Positions 41,036-52,685 of a DNA stretch of 64,000 nucleotides are shown here, one piece after another. How positions within the stretch are numbered: the stretch's first letter is position 1; each line of letters starts with the position of its first letter. Origin of the DNA: Thiohalomonadales bacterium (GTDB lineage Bacteria; Pseudomonadota; Gammaproteobacteria; RBG-16-57-12); the NCBI GenBank assembly GCA_050295955.1, contig JBNKQQ010000033.1, forward strand, positions 76,988-140,987, in the 5' to 3' direction. The position numbers were made by a program, and so were the translations under genes. Below the pieces are notes generated by a model. The model worked only from the letters and a program-made list of their open reading frames with translations, was not told the DNA's origin and searched no databases.

Positions 41036-43858
41036 CTAGTTAAGGTAAGTGATCACCGTATCTACACGCTCTGCTTTATTAAATTTAACCGGTTGTAGCT
41101 GGCCCAAGGCTTGGAAGCTTTGTTGAATCCATTGATCATAGAGGCCATCTTCCACCCGTTTGATATTGAGTTTGTGATAAGTGATGGCTTGCTCTTCGAA
41201 GGGGTATGCTTGTTCTTCCAGCATGAGGTGATAAACCGTCTCTTCTTGTGGGCTAAGGCCATTGGGTTTTGGTGAGGTGAGCAGTGCATGACTAAAGTGG
41301 CGATAGATCTCTGCAATATGGAAGGTGGCTGCGGTGGTGATGTAGCTAATATGAAAATCGTTTGCGTCTCGATAGCGGTTAAGGGCTAATTTCATTGCTG
41401 CCATTTTCTTGTTCACGGCTTCCCGGATGGGGTCGCTTAGCTTAATTTTAGTGAATGCTTCATTGTAACTCTCTGCCAGTGCTAATGTGGCATTGGCACC
41501 TTGTTGTAATATTTCAGTATCACGGCTTTTAGGGTTAACCTGATCAATAATCTGTTTCAGTTTTTGTTGATAGGCGGTGATATCACCTTGTGCCTTTTTA
41601 AGATCTGCAATGCGATGGGCTGTTTTGTAATAGATCGCTTCACTGCTTTTTAGTAATGATTGGTAGCGTTCTAATAAATCTATTGCCTGGGTTAAGTGGT
41701 CATATTGTTGGTAGATATCTGCGGCTTGTATTAGCAGACTACGTTTGCGGTTAGTGTCATTTTCAACATTGGCTAACGCACTATAGGCATGGGCGGTTTT
41801 TAGCTCATCGCCTAACGCATTATAGATAAATGCTAGCTTCTCCTTAGCATTGAATGAGAGTGCATGATCTGAATAACCGCTTGTTAACAACTCCAAAGCT
41901 TTGGCCGATTTTTTTAACTTTCCATCTGCAAGATAAGCTGTCGCCGCATCGTAGAGGGCGTTGGGTACAAAAGAGGAGTCCGGTACTGTCGAGACCATAC
42001 GAATATAATGCTCAGCGGCGGTTTTCATATCGCCTTGAGTCTGAGCTGCTTCTCCCTGCTTATAAATGGATGAGGCAAGGCGTTGCTTGAGAGTGAGATA
42101 GTCATCTTGATATACCACGTATTCCAACGCTGTTTGCGTAGTCGTTTCCGCTTTAGCATATTCCTTCATCATAAACAGGCAGTAGGAGAGTTTATTCCAG
42201 GCAGGGCTGAGTAGTTCATACTTTGTTTTGCCGATTGATGGGAGTAATTCGGTTAACGCCTCTTGTGCCAGTTGATACTCCTCAAGGGCGAGGTGTTGGT
42301 CTGCTTTTATGTAACGCACCTCAGCAAGGTGGGTATCATTTGGAAAGTGTTGAATAAACCTTTCGCTACTTTCTATAAGTTTTTGTCGGCGTTGTTGATC
42401 AGCTATATTTTTTTGCTTCTCATAACTGATTAAAGCCGCATAAGCAGCTTCTGCAGATTTAGCATGGGGAGGGTAGTGGTAAGCTGATTGGTGATATTCA
42501 TCTGCTGCTTTACGATAGCTTCCTAATTCAAAAAGGTTTTCCGCGTAAAGAAAACTGATTTCACCAGCTTCAGTCTCGTTGGGATAATTTTGTAAAAAGT
42601 AACGGTACCAGTATTGGGCATACATCATGTCATCTGACTGCTTGCTTTGCTGATAAGTAGCATGGAACTGCTTTGCCAGTAAGATAATGTTCTCTTTTAT
42701 AGCAGGTAATAAGTCGTTATAGAGTGATGTGGGGTGATGCTGCCAAAACTTCATGCTAGGCCCATAACGCTTTACAAAGCTCTCTCTCGTCTCAATGACG
42801 AGTTTGTTTTGTTTGGCCTCTTCAAAGAGCTGTATGGCCTGCAGGTGATAACGTGGCGCGAATGGTTGATCGCTGTAGTGGGCTGCATAGGCGAGATAGG
42901 TTTGTGCTGCATCAACATAAAGCTGCTGGGCGAGATGCTGTTTGGCAAGCGCTTGGAAAATCAGAGGAAGGTATGGCTTTTTTTCCCTTTTACCCAAAAA
43001 AGCTTGAAGGGATTGGAGGCCGTTCGGTTCATCAAAACTCAAGGCCAATACGCGTAGCACATCATTGACCAGCGCGTTATCACTACTATTTATCGCTGCT
43101 AGTTCGGGAGGCGGATCCAGATGGTCCAGTAAATCGGCAAAGCGATGGCGAGCTTGGTCTAGCTTATTGTGTTTATAGTAGGCCCAGGCCTGCTTATAGA
43201 GGGCGTATGGATAATAATCACTACTCTCTCCCTCTGCGATCACCGCTTCGTAAGCGTGTGCTGCGTCATCAAAGCGATTTGCATTAAACAGTAGCTCACC
43301 ACGGCGGAGTTGAGCTTCAATGTAGTGAGAGGAACCGCTGTGTTGCGCAACCAGATCCGTCAGTACTCGTAGGACCTGCTTTGGCGAGTCAGTGTAGTCG
43401 TAGGCGCGGGCAAGTTGATAGCGGACTTGATCGTTGTCTTGATAGTCAGGGTAGTCCGTCAGGAGTTGCTCATAGAGTGTAATGGCCTGATAGTAGCCGT
43501 CGCTTCCAGGCTTGGCCTCGCTCTCCTCAAGGGTTAGGTCTGCCCGTTGCTGAAGGGTGATTGCTTGGGGATCGCTGCTAGGCTGCTTGTTGGTGGCCTG
43601 GTGGTGTTTGTGCCCTGTAAAACTCAGAGGAGGAGCGAGATTAATGGGTTGAATTGACTGTGGAAATGTATTGTCAGCGGTGCCGATGGCATCATTGTGG
43701 CTACAGCCCGTCATGGCTAACAATAGGCTGAGAGTGAGTAGGGTTGTTAATGTCTGGGGTTGGGTTCCATAGTTGGCCTTTTCACCCATCTCCGCCAAGT
43801 CATAGGACCGAATTGCCGTCATGGTCATCATTAGCAGACAGATAGCAAGCACCAACAC
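41036..43858 (-). CDS. TPR-repeat lipoprotein
   Basis: It has the lipobox LLLAMTGC and many Y/A-rich TPR-like helical repeats. The true start is probably an internal Met (MGEKANY...). Confidence 0.65.
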   Translation of the reverse strand: MLVLAICLLMMTMTAIRSYDLAEMGEKANYGTQPQTLTTLLTLSLLLAMTGCSHNDAIGTADNTFPQSIQPINLAPPLSFTGHKHHQATNKQPSSDPQAITLQQRADLTLEESEAKPGSDGYYQAITLYEQLLTDYPDYQDNDQVRYQLARAYDYTDSPKQVLRVLTDLVAQHSGSSHYIEAQLRRGELLFNANRFDDAAHAYEAVIAEGESSDYYPYALYKQAWAYYKHNKLDQARHRFADLLDHLDPPPELAAINSSDNALVNDVLRVLALSFDEPNGLQSLQAFLGKREKKPYLPLIFQALAKQHLAQQLYVDAAQTYLAYAAHYSDQPFAPRYHLQAIQLFEEAKQNKLVIETRESFVKRYGPSMKFWQHHPTSLYNDLLPAIKENIILLAKQFHATYQQSKQSDDMMYAQYWYRYFLQNYPNETEAGEISFLYAENLFELGSYRKAADEYHQSAYHYPPHAKSAEAAYAALISYEKQKNIADQQRRQKLIESSERFIQHFPNDTHLAEVRYIKADQHLALEEYQLAQEALTELLPSIGKTKYELLSPAWNKLSYCLFMMKEYAKAETTTQTALEYVVYQDDYLTLKQRLASSIYKQGEAAQTQGDMKTAAEHYIRMVSTVPDSSFVPNALYDAATAYLADGKLKKSAKALELLTSGYSDHALSFNAKEKLAFIYNALGDELKTAHAYSALANVENDTNRKRSLLIQAADIYQQYDHLTQAIDLLERYQSLLKSSEAIYYKTAHRIADLKKAQGDITAYQQKLKQIIDQVNPKSRDTEILQQGANATLALAESYNEAFTKIKLSDPIREAVNKKMAAMKLALNRYRDANDFHISYITTAATFHIAEIYRHFSHALLTSPKPNGLSPQEETVYHLMLEEQAYPFEEQAITYHKLNIKRVEDGLYDQWIQQSFQALGQLQPVKFNKAERVDTVITYLN

Positions 43859-44013
43859 AATTTTCCCTCAAATACACCCGTTCGATACCCTAAGCGGTTG
43901 TACAATTTTACATCAATTTGCCGCCTTTGGTATTTATTTCATTAGTATAGATATGGAAATATATTTCTAGTATATGGTGGGTTTGAGGAGGGAGGGGCTC
44001 TGAGGCTAGGGGG

Positions 44014-44277
44014 CTACTTCGTTATTACACCCAATGTGATCGCTGCAACGGCAAGTAGACATTCATTGAATAGGAAATAGCGCCATGCTGGGCCTTTGCT
44101 ACGGCGAAGATCGCCAAAGCGAGTAAAAATACGCCCCTGGCTTAATAGCCAGAAAAGCAGCGTTGCCGTGCTTCCTTTAATTAATCCAAATGAGGCAAAT
44201 AAGCCGAGCGATATCCCGAATATCAGCATAATGCTGATAAATTCCAGATCAAGAATTGAGGCGTTTGACTTCGCCAT
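44014..44277 (-). CDS. small membrane protein
   Basis: It is an 87-aa ORF with two hydrophobic segments. Confidence 0.35.
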   Translation of the reverse strand: MAKSNASILDLEFISIMLIFGISLGLFASFGLIKGSTATLLFWLLSQGRIFTRFGDLRRSKGPAWRYFLFNECLLAVAAITLGVITK

Positions 44278-44335
44278 GTAGTTACTCCTGAGATGGCTAC
44301 TGGATAGTAGGAGAATGATGACTATATCGTCGAAG

Positions 44336-44935
44336 CTATGGCTTTATTAATTTTTTTTTGTATTCATGCACTCTATCTTCAAACCTATCTAAGTATTCGC
44401 AATAGCGATCGGACTTATCTAGTTTTCTGGCATGGCTAATTTCACTGAGTATTTCTTCGAGTTGAGGCGGTGTGGCTCCATTCATTCCATACAATATGCC
44501 AGATGGCCATTCATGCTCGCAGTGTTCAAACCAGCGAATCTGAGCCTGAAGCAACTTTAGTTTTGGCTCATCAGCTTCAGGGAAAAGTGCTACACACTCT
44601 TTTAGTAGTGTATGGTCAGATTTTTGATCCAATTTTTTATGAAGCTCATGTGCTTGGTATATATTCTGTATAAATTTAATTAGCATCATATAGGACCATA
44701 AATCACGCTCTTTGTAGCCCTTTAGTAGTACGGGAAAGATTACCCTATCAAATAACTCATGCCTGATTTTCCCATTATTTCCTTCTGAATATAAATTGAG
44801 ATAGTCCTTAGTCCACTCTTCTTTTTCCAAATCATTTTCAAACGATTCTATGAAGTCATTAATCGCGATAGATGCCTTTTTTTTAAGGCCTCTATCTCTT
44901 AGGGACTCAAACTCTTTAAATAGTTCTCTATTCAT
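44336..44935 (-). CDS. hypothetical cytoplasmic protein
   Basis: It is a 199-aa ORF in a very AT-rich segment. No motif was recognised. Confidence 0.45.
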   Translation of the reverse strand: MNRELFKEFESLRDRGLKKKASIAINDFIESFENDLEKEEWTKDYLNLYSEGNNGKIRHELFDRVIFPVLLKGYKERDLWSYMMLIKFIQNIYQAHELHKKLDQKSDHTLLKECVALFPEADEPKLKLLQAQIRWFEHCEHEWPSGILYGMNGATPPQLEEILSEISHARKLDKSDRYCEYLDRFEDRVHEYKKKLIKP

Positions 44936-45003
44936 CTATTTATGGTGTTATAGCTAACAAGTTGGCTAGTTAATAGTAAGTCACCTCTGATCAAATAGCT
45001 TGT

Positions 45004-45483
45004 TTATAAGTTTTTACATTCCCCCGAATTTTTGCAGAAATCCATGCCAATTTTTCTAGCTCTATTCTCATTCCAGCCACCTGTGATATCCTGCGTAATC
45101 TCAACTTTTATATATACGCGATATTCTCCGCTTTTAGGTGTGAAGTATATTCCTGCAACAGAATTCCATTCATTTGCCCTTAGTCCTCTCTTGCCAATGA
45201 TTGCAGATCCATCATTGGATTTTTTGACAACGGAATAACCGTTTTTCTCAAGTGTTAAGATAAGTTGTTGACTCAATTCTGTTGCTTCAATATTTGATAC
45301 GTAGAAAAAATACTCATTTTTTCCTTTCCAGGTCCATATGTCACCGGAAGAACTATCATGTGATTCCTCAATTTGATCAAAATTGATTTTAGATATGTCA
45401 CTCTCAAAGTTCTCTACTTTTGCTACTGACGTGCAACCACTAATAAGTAGCATGATAATCAACACAAAAAACTTTCTATTCAT
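45004..45483 (-). CDS. lipoprotein, unknown function
   Basis: It has the lipobox LISGCTS after MNRKFFVLIIMLL, and the start was chosen at that Met. It is AT-rich. Confidence 0.5.
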   Translation of the reverse strand: MNRKFFVLIIMLLISGCTSVAKVENFESDISKINFDQIEESHDSSSGDIWTWKGKNEYFFYVSNIEATELSQQLILTLEKNGYSVVKKSNDGSAIIGKRGLRANEWNSVAGIYFTPKSGEYRVYIKVEITQDITGGWNENRARKIGMDFCKNSGECKNL

Positions 45484-45605
45484 ATTGCTCCTTAATTGCC
45501 TAATGATGAGTAGATCGCAATCTACTTGATTAACTACGCTAAATTGCTGCATCGCAATCACGTAATATCCCCAGTTTAAATTACTTTCTGAGGGAGTGAA
45601 GGAAA

Positions 45606-46595
45606 TTATAGTAGATTGAAGCTCGTATTAATCTGCTTAGGCTTATACTTGTAAAACATCTCTTTGGATTTTTCAATTCTTCTTGGATTTATGAAATATG
45701 ACTTTTCACCCCACTTTTGGGTCATTGGGTAAATAAATCCATACCATGGCATTGGGATAGACCATATTTTCCCATATTTGTCCGGTGGGGAGTGGGGTTT
45801 GAAGCTTGAATCTAAGGTGATCTCCTCGACAATCACCCCTTCATCTTGGCCAAGATCAGCAAGTATATTGCCATTGCTGTCGCTAATGTAGGACTCTCCT
45901 ATAAAGCTGCTTTTTATATTACCCATGATGCTGGGTAGCTTTCCTTCAAGTCTGCCAATCCGGTTAGCCATTATGATAGGTACGCCTAGTGCTTTATAGT
46001 GGAGTGCTCTTGCATTGTTTATTGCTTTTTCTAGGCGGGTGACATCACCGGGTATGAAGGGTTTTGGGCGGCCTGCTGCGCTGGGTTGAAGGCAAATGTC
46101 TATATTCCCTTCGTATAAATCAGATATGCGATTGTGTAATAACATCTCATAACAGATATTAACGCCAATTTTACCTATATCTGTTTCAATGACATGGCTG
46201 TCATTACCTTCTTTGTAGAAGTAAGACTCAACGGCAGGTGCTGGGGATTTGCGAACGCGCCCTGCGATATTGCCTTTTGGATCGGATAGTACGAATGTGT
46301 TGAAGAAATCTTCTCCATCGGTTTCAAGAAAGGTAAATCCGATATAGGCGTTGTTTCTGTCAGACTGATTTAAAAGCCAAGATACCGATGGTCCATCGAT
46401 AGGCTCAGCGCCTTCCCATACTGATTCATTCACTCCATAGCCATAGGGTAGTAGCTCAGGGAGTAAGATTAATTCCGCTCCTTTATCTGAGGCCTGCTTA
46501 ATATATGAGGCAGCTTTTGCTAAATTCGCCTCTCTTTGTCCGAACGAGGCATCCATTTGTATTGCTGCTACGTTTAGCTTTTTAGGCATATCCAC
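45606..46595 (-). CDS. carbon-nitrogen hydrolase (nitrilase superfamily) with C-terminal extension
   Basis: It has the Glu-Lys-Cys triad context (LPEL ... GVNICYE) and roughly 60 extra C-terminal residues. Confidence 0.75.
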   Translation of the reverse strand: MDMPKKLNVAAIQMDASFGQREANLAKAASYIKQASDKGAELILLPELLPYGYGVNESVWEGAEPIDGPSVSWLLNQSDRNNAYIGFTFLETDGEDFFNTFVLSDPKGNIAGRVRKSPAPAVESYFYKEGNDSHVIETDIGKIGVNICYEMLLHNRISDLYEGNIDICLQPSAAGRPKPFIPGDVTRLEKAINNARALHYKALGVPIIMANRIGRLEGKLPSIMGNIKSSFIGESYISDSNGNILADLGQDEGVIVEEITLDSSFKPHSPPDKYGKIWSIPMPWYGFIYPMTQKWGEKSYFINPRRIEKSKEMFYKYKPKQINTSFNLL

Positions 46596-46831
46596 TACCT
46601 TTTGAGTTACGTTATCTTGCTAACTATATATCTTGTAGGCGGTGGGTGGTGGCAATTAATTGTATCAATTTGTAGTGCTAAACTTTTTCGGATTATTGTG
46701 TCACGAAGTGACACACACATTGTTGAATCATCGCCTGCGAGCAGGCTCCTACAAACAATCTACAAAACCAAAAAAGCCTGCTGAGATTTACAAATCCCAG
46801 TAGGCTTTCTCTAAGCAGTGGAAGTAAAAAC

Positions 46832-48271
46832 TTACTTCAACAACTCACTAATATCCCGACATCCCCACTCAGGGTAGTGCTTGCGAATCAGTGCGTTCAG
46901 CTCTTGCTCAAATGGGCTGTAGTCACGGCCAGTTGTAGCGCCTTCAATTGCTTCGCCTTTACCAATGATCATACCTGCGCCTAATGTGGCATTGGTGTAC
47001 TTGTCGATCACGATAAAGCTACCGGTGCCTTTCACTTGAGTGTAAGGGTCACAGGCAATAGCGCGGTTCAGGTGTAGTTGGCATTGACCAATGTGGTTCA
47101 GTTCCAGCTTATCAACTTCGCTTTGTGCCAGGGTGTTTACATCGACTTGGTGATCGATACGGGTGAATTTGCCTGGGATCAGGCTGGTGCTGCGTTTGAT
47201 CAGGTATTCACTGCCTGTGGTCAGTGCAGCTTCGCTCATCCATACCATCATCACTTCCAGATTATCGGATACTTCTGGGATGTCGCTGGATTTTACGATC
47301 ATGTCGCCACGGCTGATATCAATCTCGTCTTCAGTGGTAATGGTCACAGCCATGGGGGCGAAAGCCTCGGTGGTCTCCATATCATCGGCAGAAACCGCAG
47401 GCTTGATGATCTGCTTCACCTTTGAGGTTTTGCGTGAAGGCAGTACGGTAATCTCATCACCCACTTTGATGGTGCCCGCAGCGATGGTGCCACAGAAACC
47501 ACGGAAGTTAAGGTGAGGGCGGTTCACGTACTGTACTGGGAAACGGAAGTTTTCCAGGTTGGTGTTATCACCAATCTCGATGTTATCCAGCTGAGCCATC
47601 AGTGGCTCACCTTTGTACCAAGGCATGTGCTCGCTTGGGTTAACCACGTTGTCACCCTTCAGAGCGGACAGCGGTACGAAGATGGGGTTTTCGATACCCA
47701 GGTCTTTGGCAAACTCGGTGTATTCTGCTTTGATCTCGTTAAAGCGCGCTTCGCTGTACTCCACCAGGTCCATCTTGTTGACGGCAACCATGATGTGCTT
47801 CAGGCCCAACAGTTTGGTGATGAAGGAGTGACGACGGGTTTGAGTTTGTACACCGTAACGTGCATCGATCAGGATGATGGCCAGGTCTGCAGTTGAAGCA
47901 CCGGTTGCCATGTTACGGGTGTACTGCTCATGTCCGGGAGTGTCAGCGATGATGAACTTACGCTTGTCAGTAGAGAAGAAGCGATAAGCCACGTCGATAG
48001 TGATACCTTGCTCACGCTCGGATTGCAGGCCGTCCACCAGCAGTGCCAGGTCTACTTCTTCACCTGTGGTGCCATGCTTTTTGGAGTCTTTGTTGATTGC
48101 GGCCAGCTGATCTTCAAAGATCATTTTGCTGTCGTGCAGCAGTCGGCCGATCAGGGTACTTTTACCATCATCCACACTGCCACAGGTGATAAAGCGCAGC
48201 AGCTCTTTGTTTTCGTGCTGATGCAGGTACTCTTCGATGTTTGTTGCGATTAGGTCGGATTGGTGCGCCAT
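46832..48271 (-). CDS. cysN: sulfate adenylyltransferase subunit 1 (GTPase)
   Basis: It has the GTPase motifs [14 protein letters not shown] and NKMD. It is 479 aa and has no APS kinase fusion. Confidence 0.95.
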   Translation of the reverse strand: MAHQSDLIATNIEEYLHQHENKELLRFITCGSVDDGKSTLIGRLLHDSKMIFEDQLAAINKDSKKHGTTGEEVDLALLVDGLQSEREQGITIDVAYRFFSTDKRKFIIADTPGHEQYTRNMATGASTADLAIILIDARYGVQTQTRRHSFITKLLGLKHIMVAVNKMDLVEYSEARFNEIKAEYTEFAKDLGIENPIFVPLSALKGDNVVNPSEHMPWYKGEPLMAQLDNIEIGDNTNLENFRFPVQYVNRPHLNFRGFCGTIAAGTIKVGDEITVLPSRKTSKVKQIIKPAVSADDMETTEAFAPMAVTITTEDEIDISRGDMIVKSSDIPEVSDNLEVMMVWMSEAALTTGSEYLIKRSTSLIPGKFTRIDHQVDVNTLAQSEVDKLELNHIGQCQLHLNRAIACDPYTQVKGTGSFIVIDKYTNATLGAGMIIGKGEAIEGATTGRDYSPFEQELNALIRKHYPEWGCRDISELLK

Positions 48272-48349
48272 CTTGTAGATCCTTAAAAACTTTTGGTTGT
48301 GACCGCAGCGCTGTTATTCAGGCTGCGGCGACAAAATCTTTTACTGGGT

Positions 48350-49264
48350 TTAGAAGTAGCCTTCGATCTTCTTTTTCTCCATGGAGCCCGCTTCGTCGTG
48401 GTCGATCAGACGGCCTTGGCGCTCTGATACTTTGGTCAACAGCATCTCTTGGATGATCTCTGGTAGCGTGGTGGCATCGGAAGGTACCGCACCTGTCAGT
48501 GGATAGCAGCCCAGGGTACGGAAGCGTACCATCTCCATCTTGGCGGTTTTGCGCAGATCTTCTGGCATACGGTCATCGTCTACCATGATCTTGGTACCGC
48601 CGTACTCTACTACTGGACGCTCTTTGGCGAAGTAGAGGCTGGGGATCTCAATGTTTTCCAGGTAGATGTATTGCCATATGTCCAATTCAGTCCAGTTGGA
48701 GAGTGGGAATACGCGGATAGACTCGCCTTGCTTGTGCTTGCCATTGTAGATATCCCACAGCTCTGGGCGCTGGTTTTTGGGGTCCCAACGGTGATTTTTG
48801 TCACGGAAGGAGTAGATACGCTCCTTGGCACGGGATTTCTCTTCGTCACGGCGGGCACCACCGAATACGGCATCAAACTTGTGCTCGTCCAGTAGCTGGC
48901 GTAGCCCTTCGGTTTTCATGATGTCAGTGTGCATGGATGAGCCATGTTCGAATGGGCTGATGTTCATCTCTTTACCTTTCGGGTTGATATGAACGATTAG
49001 CTCCATGCCCACTTCTTTGGCGCGACGATCACGGAACGTGATCATCTCTTTGAATTTCCAGGTGGTATCCACATGGGCCAGTGGGAAAGGTGGTGGCGCA
49101 GGATAGAAGGCTTTTTGAGCCAGGTGAAGCATTACCGAAGAATCTTTACCAATACTGTAGAGCATGGCTGGATTATCAAATTCAGCGATTACTTCGCGGA
49201 TGATATGGATGGACTCTGCTTCCAGCTTGCGTAAGTGGGTTAATCTTTGTTCGTTGATTGTCAT
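48350..49264 (-). CDS. cysD: sulfate adenylyltransferase subunit 2
   Basis: It is a PAPS-reductase-like fold with SIGKDSSV, and it lies upstream of cysN. Confidence 0.95.
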   Translation of the reverse strand: MTINEQRLTHLRKLEAESIHIIREVIAEFDNPAMLYSIGKDSSVMLHLAQKAFYPAPPPFPLAHVDTTWKFKEMITFRDRRAKEVGMELIVHINPKGKEMNISPFEHGSSMHTDIMKTEGLRQLLDEHKFDAVFGGARRDEEKSRAKERIYSFRDKNHRWDPKNQRPELWDIYNGKHKQGESIRVFPLSNWTELDIWQYIYLENIEIPSLYFAKERPVVEYGGTKIMVDDDRMPEDLRKTAKMEMVRFRTLGCYPLTGAVPSDATTLPEIIQEMLLTKVSERQGRLIDHDEAGSMEKKKIEGYF

Positions 49265-49544
49265 CTCTGTCTACCTTGCTGCGTCATGGCCACGCTGCCT
49301 AAAAAAACCACTGATGGAAAAACCATCTCACTTGTGCCGATTTTAACTTTTTTATGCCCAATACCCCTATACGTGTTGCTTATGGGGGCATAAAGCTTTA
49401 TCTATACGGGTGATTTCCATTGGTTCGGAGGGTGGGTTTTCGCCCGGGTCTCGGGTTAATGGAAATGAAACTTAAACAGGCCATAGTGTGCCTGAATGGT
49501 GGATTTTTCTCCACTTTTTAAGGAAATTAGCGCCTGATTACCCT

Positions 49545-50153
49545 TTAAAGACTGCGTTTGTCGCCATCCAAGGTGACGTCCAGATTTTTTAGGATGCCAT
49601 CCTCAATACTGTAGATGAAGCCGTGGATGGAGAGTGATTGGCCGCGATCCCAGGCATCCTCCACGATGGTGGTTCGCGCTACGTTACGCACCTGTTGGAT
49701 GACATTTAGCTCACAGAGGCGGTTAACGCTCTGCTTGGGGGTAAGTGACTCAAATTCAATGAGGTTCTCTTTGTAGGTGCGTTGGATGGAGCGTAGCCAG
49801 TTGTCGATTAGTCCCAGCTTACTGTTTTGGTAAGCGGCCTGTACCCCGCCACAGCCGTAATGGCCACAGACGATAATGTCTTCCACTTTGAGATACTCAA
49901 CCGCGTATTGGATGACCGACAGGCTGTTAAGGTCGGTCTGGTGTACCACGTTGGCGACATTGCGATGCACAAACAGTTCGCCAGGCAGTAGGCCTACAAT
50001 CTCATTGGCAGGTACCCGACTGTCAGCACAGCCAATCCACAGGTAACGTGGCGCCTGCTGCTTGGAGAGCTTATGGAAAAAATCCGGATCTTCGGCCTTG
50101 ATCTGGTTGGCCCATAGCAGGTTGTTTTCAAAGAGTGCATCGATATGTGGCAT
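49545..50153 (-). CDS. beta-class carbonic anhydrase
   Basis: It has the CADSR and HYGCGG zinc-ligand motifs. Confidence 0.85.
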   Translation of the reverse strand: MPHIDALFENNLLWANQIKAEDPDFFHKLSKQQAPRYLWIGCADSRVPANEIVGLLPGELFVHRNVANVVHQTDLNSLSVIQYAVEYLKVEDIIVCGHYGCGGVQAAYQNSKLGLIDNWLRSIQRTYKENLIEFESLTPKQSVNRLCELNVIQQVRNVARTTIVEDAWDRGQSLSIHGFIYSIEDGILKNLDVTLDGDKRSL

Positions 50154-50222
50154 GGCGGCCTGCCTTATTGGTGAACGGGGGAATTATTCCCTGTTATCGT
50201 GAGATGGTCAAAAAAAGTGCGC

Positions 50223-51548
50223 TTATGGGGAGTTGGAGAGGGAGAACGCTTTAATTGAAAGAGACCGGGAAGGAGCCTCTGTCAATTGCTGGTCAATCTC
50301 TGCCAGCTGTGGGTTAAACCAGGGGCGTTGCTGAATTTGCTGTATTTCGCCATGGTAGCGCAGAGCATCCAAAACATCTGCAATGGTCAATACCTCCAGC
50401 GGTTTGGCTGGCAGCAGGGTACTTTGCTCATCACCTTCACAAAGGGTAAGAATGTGGTTGTCGATTAAGGCCTGTAACAGTGGCGAGAGTATGGAGACCG
50501 GGATTCCCAGGTCACTACGCAAGGACTCGATGTGATAAGGCGATTGCTGCTGGTAGTGGCGCTGGGTAATCCGCTGCATGATAGCCAAGCCCAGCAGCTC
50601 CTGCTCCCGAATGCTCAGCGGTAGACTCTCCTGCTGACACTGTCGGTAGTTGGGGTGTTGATGGTGGAAGGCGATGCTGGCGCCAATCAGCAGAATTAGC
50701 CAACCCAGATAGAGCCAGATGATAAACAGGATCAGTGCGGCAAAAGCAGAGTAAACCGCTGCGTGGGTGGAGGAGCCAGCGACAAAGGAGGCAAATAACC
50801 AACCACACCCTTGCCATAGACCGGCCGCGACGACACCCCCAATCAGCGCAGAGGTGAGATGAACCCGGGTATTGGGGATGAACATATAAATGAAGGTAAA
50901 GGCGGTGCTGATTAGCAGGAAAGGCAGTAGTTTTTCCAGGCTGTCAATCAGCCAGCCGATGCCAGGCAGGGCGACCAGCTCTTGCATCAGGGTGGTGCTG
51001 AGCATGGTGGCGGTGAGTCCCAGTGCGCTGAAGATCAAGACCGGACCAATCACAATCACACTCAGGTAGTTACTGAAGCGCTGGGCAAAGGAGCGGTGCT
51101 GACTGACGTGCCAGGCGTGGTTGAAAGCCTCTTCGATCTTTTGCATCAGGGATATCACGGTAAAGATCAGGATGCCCAGGCCCAGGGAGCCCAGCGCCAT
51201 GGCGCGGGTGTTATCGACAAACTCGATAATGCGATTGGTGATCTGAACGCCTTGTTCGCCTAGCGGCGCGAGTAGGTTAAGCAGGAGTGGCTCGACTTGA
51301 TTGTGGACGCCAAACCCCTTAAGTACGGAGAAGCTGACGGCCAGTAGCGGCACCAGTGAGAGCAGAGTCGTGTAGACGAGGCTCATGGCTCGCAGATTCA
51401 GCAGTCCACCGTGTAGCTCTTCGGCAACCAGGTGGATAATTCTCAGTGTGCGTATCAGAGTGGCTTTGCCCGCCGACATGGGGTGTACCGGCTCTTGCCA
51501 CAGCCAGGTAAGGAGTCGCTGATAGCGTTGCGAGAGTTGGCTTATCAA
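50223..51548 (-). CDS. YihY/BrkB-family membrane protein with C-terminal extension
   Basis: It has six TM segments of the YihY (RNase BN-like) type and a soluble C-terminal domain of about 130 aa. Confidence 0.75.
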   Translation of the reverse strand: MISQLSQRYQRLLTWLWQEPVHPMSAGKATLIRTLRIIHLVAEELHGGLLNLRAMSLVYTTLLSLVPLLAVSFSVLKGFGVHNQVEPLLLNLLAPLGEQGVQITNRIIEFVDNTRAMALGSLGLGILIFTVISLMQKIEEAFNHAWHVSQHRSFAQRFSNYLSVIVIGPVLIFSALGLTATMLSTTLMQELVALPGIGWLIDSLEKLLPFLLISTAFTFIYMFIPNTRVHLTSALIGGVVAAGLWQGCGWLFASFVAGSSTHAAVYSAFAALILFIIWLYLGWLILLIGASIAFHHQHPNYRQCQQESLPLSIREQELLGLAIMQRITQRHYQQQSPYHIESLRSDLGIPVSILSPLLQALIDNHILTLCEGDEQSTLLPAKPLEVLTIADVLDALRYHGEIQQIQQRPWFNPQLAEIDQQLTEAPSRSLSIKAFSLSNSP

Positions 51549-51645
51549 GGGGTGCTCCTTGGGCCTAATAATTAGGAAAGACCATTTAATTTTTTATGCT
51601 GGATGTGATCCGCTATCCAGCTTTTGTTGATAAGCAAAGTCTCTG

Positions 51646-52638
51646 TTACTCATGGAATAATTGCAAGGTTTGCGGGTTATTCAGGGTCTCCATGGCACAC
51701 TCGTAGCCGATCTCGATGGCTTCGTCTGCACGATCAAACTCTAACAGCCCTAGATGGGAGAGCTTGGGCTCCAGTAGAATGTCCGCGGGGTGATCGGCCA
51801 GCCGTTCCCGAGTAATACGATCCTGCATGATATTGATGGAGCCTGCCAGTACATCGAAAAGTCCGGGGTGAGGGGTGTTTTCCCGCTCCAGCAGTTTATC
51901 CAGCTTGCCATTACTTCGTTTGCGCAGCTCCGATAGCCACTGGTTGAGTAGGGGGGATTCCACCTTAAAGCGGGCCGTCTGTCGGACATTTTTTCTCAGG
52001 TGTTTGCCAGTGATATCACTATTTAGATTGACGGCAATCACGCTGTTTGCACCCAGCTCTCGGCACAGTGAGACCGGCACTGGGTTGACCAGCCCGCCAT
52101 CCACCAACCATTGACCATCACGTTGCACAGGGGTAAAAAATCCGGGCAGGGCGATGGAGGCTCGGATTGCTTCCAGCAGTGAGCCTTGCTGAAGCCAAAC
52201 CTCTTCGCCACTGGCTAGGTTGGTGGCGACAGCCGCAAAGCGTTGGCGAAGTTGCTTGATCTCTACATCACCGATGTGTTCATCGCGAAAGAAATCGATC
52301 AGCCGTTTGCCCTCAATAAAGCCGCCTCCTTCCAGTAGGCCTACATCCAGGTAGCGGATGATCTCCCGCAGATCCAGTTTGAGCAGCCATTGTTCCAACT
52401 TGTGCAGATTGCCACTGGTGTAGAAGCCACCTACCAGTGCGCCGATGGAGGTACCGCAGACGACCTCTACCTCAATCTCCAGCTCCTTGAGTGCCCGCAA
52501 CACCCCAATATGGGACCACCCTCTGGCAGAGCCACTTCCCAACGCCAATCCGACGGTGGTTTTTGCGTTTGCTGACATATCATCTCCCTGGCTGTTTATT
52601 GATCGGGCAATGTCCCGTATAATCCGCGCACTATTCAC
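51646..52638 (-). CDS. patatin-like phospholipase (RssA-like)
   Basis: It has the GSGSARG oxyanion motif, the GTSIGA (GxSxG) motif and the DGG catalytic Asp. Confidence 0.85.
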   Translation of the reverse strand: MNSARIIRDIARSINSQGDDMSANAKTTVGLALGSGSARGWSHIGVLRALKELEIEVEVVCGTSIGALVGGFYTSGNLHKLEQWLLKLDLREIIRYLDVGLLEGGGFIEGKRLIDFFRDEHIGDVEIKQLRQRFAAVATNLASGEEVWLQQGSLLEAIRASIALPGFFTPVQRDGQWLVDGGLVNPVPVSLCRELGANSVIAVNLNSDITGKHLRKNVRQTARFKVESPLLNQWLSELRKRSNGKLDKLLERENTPHPGLFDVLAGSINIMQDRITRERLADHPADILLEPKLSHLGLLEFDRADEAIEIGYECAMETLNNPQTLQLFHE

Positions 52639-52685
52639 AATCTTATCGTCAACATTGGGTGAAAGCCCATCATGAGGAACATGTA

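Noticed and set aside
12413-46600. Canonical Tn7 or Tn7-like transposon at attTn7 downstream of glmS
   Set aside because: No tnsA, tnsB, tnsC, tnsD or tniQ homologues are present, and there are no TGT...ACA ends with 22-bp TnsB-site arrays. Only the target-site logic, insertion just after the glmS terminator, is shared.
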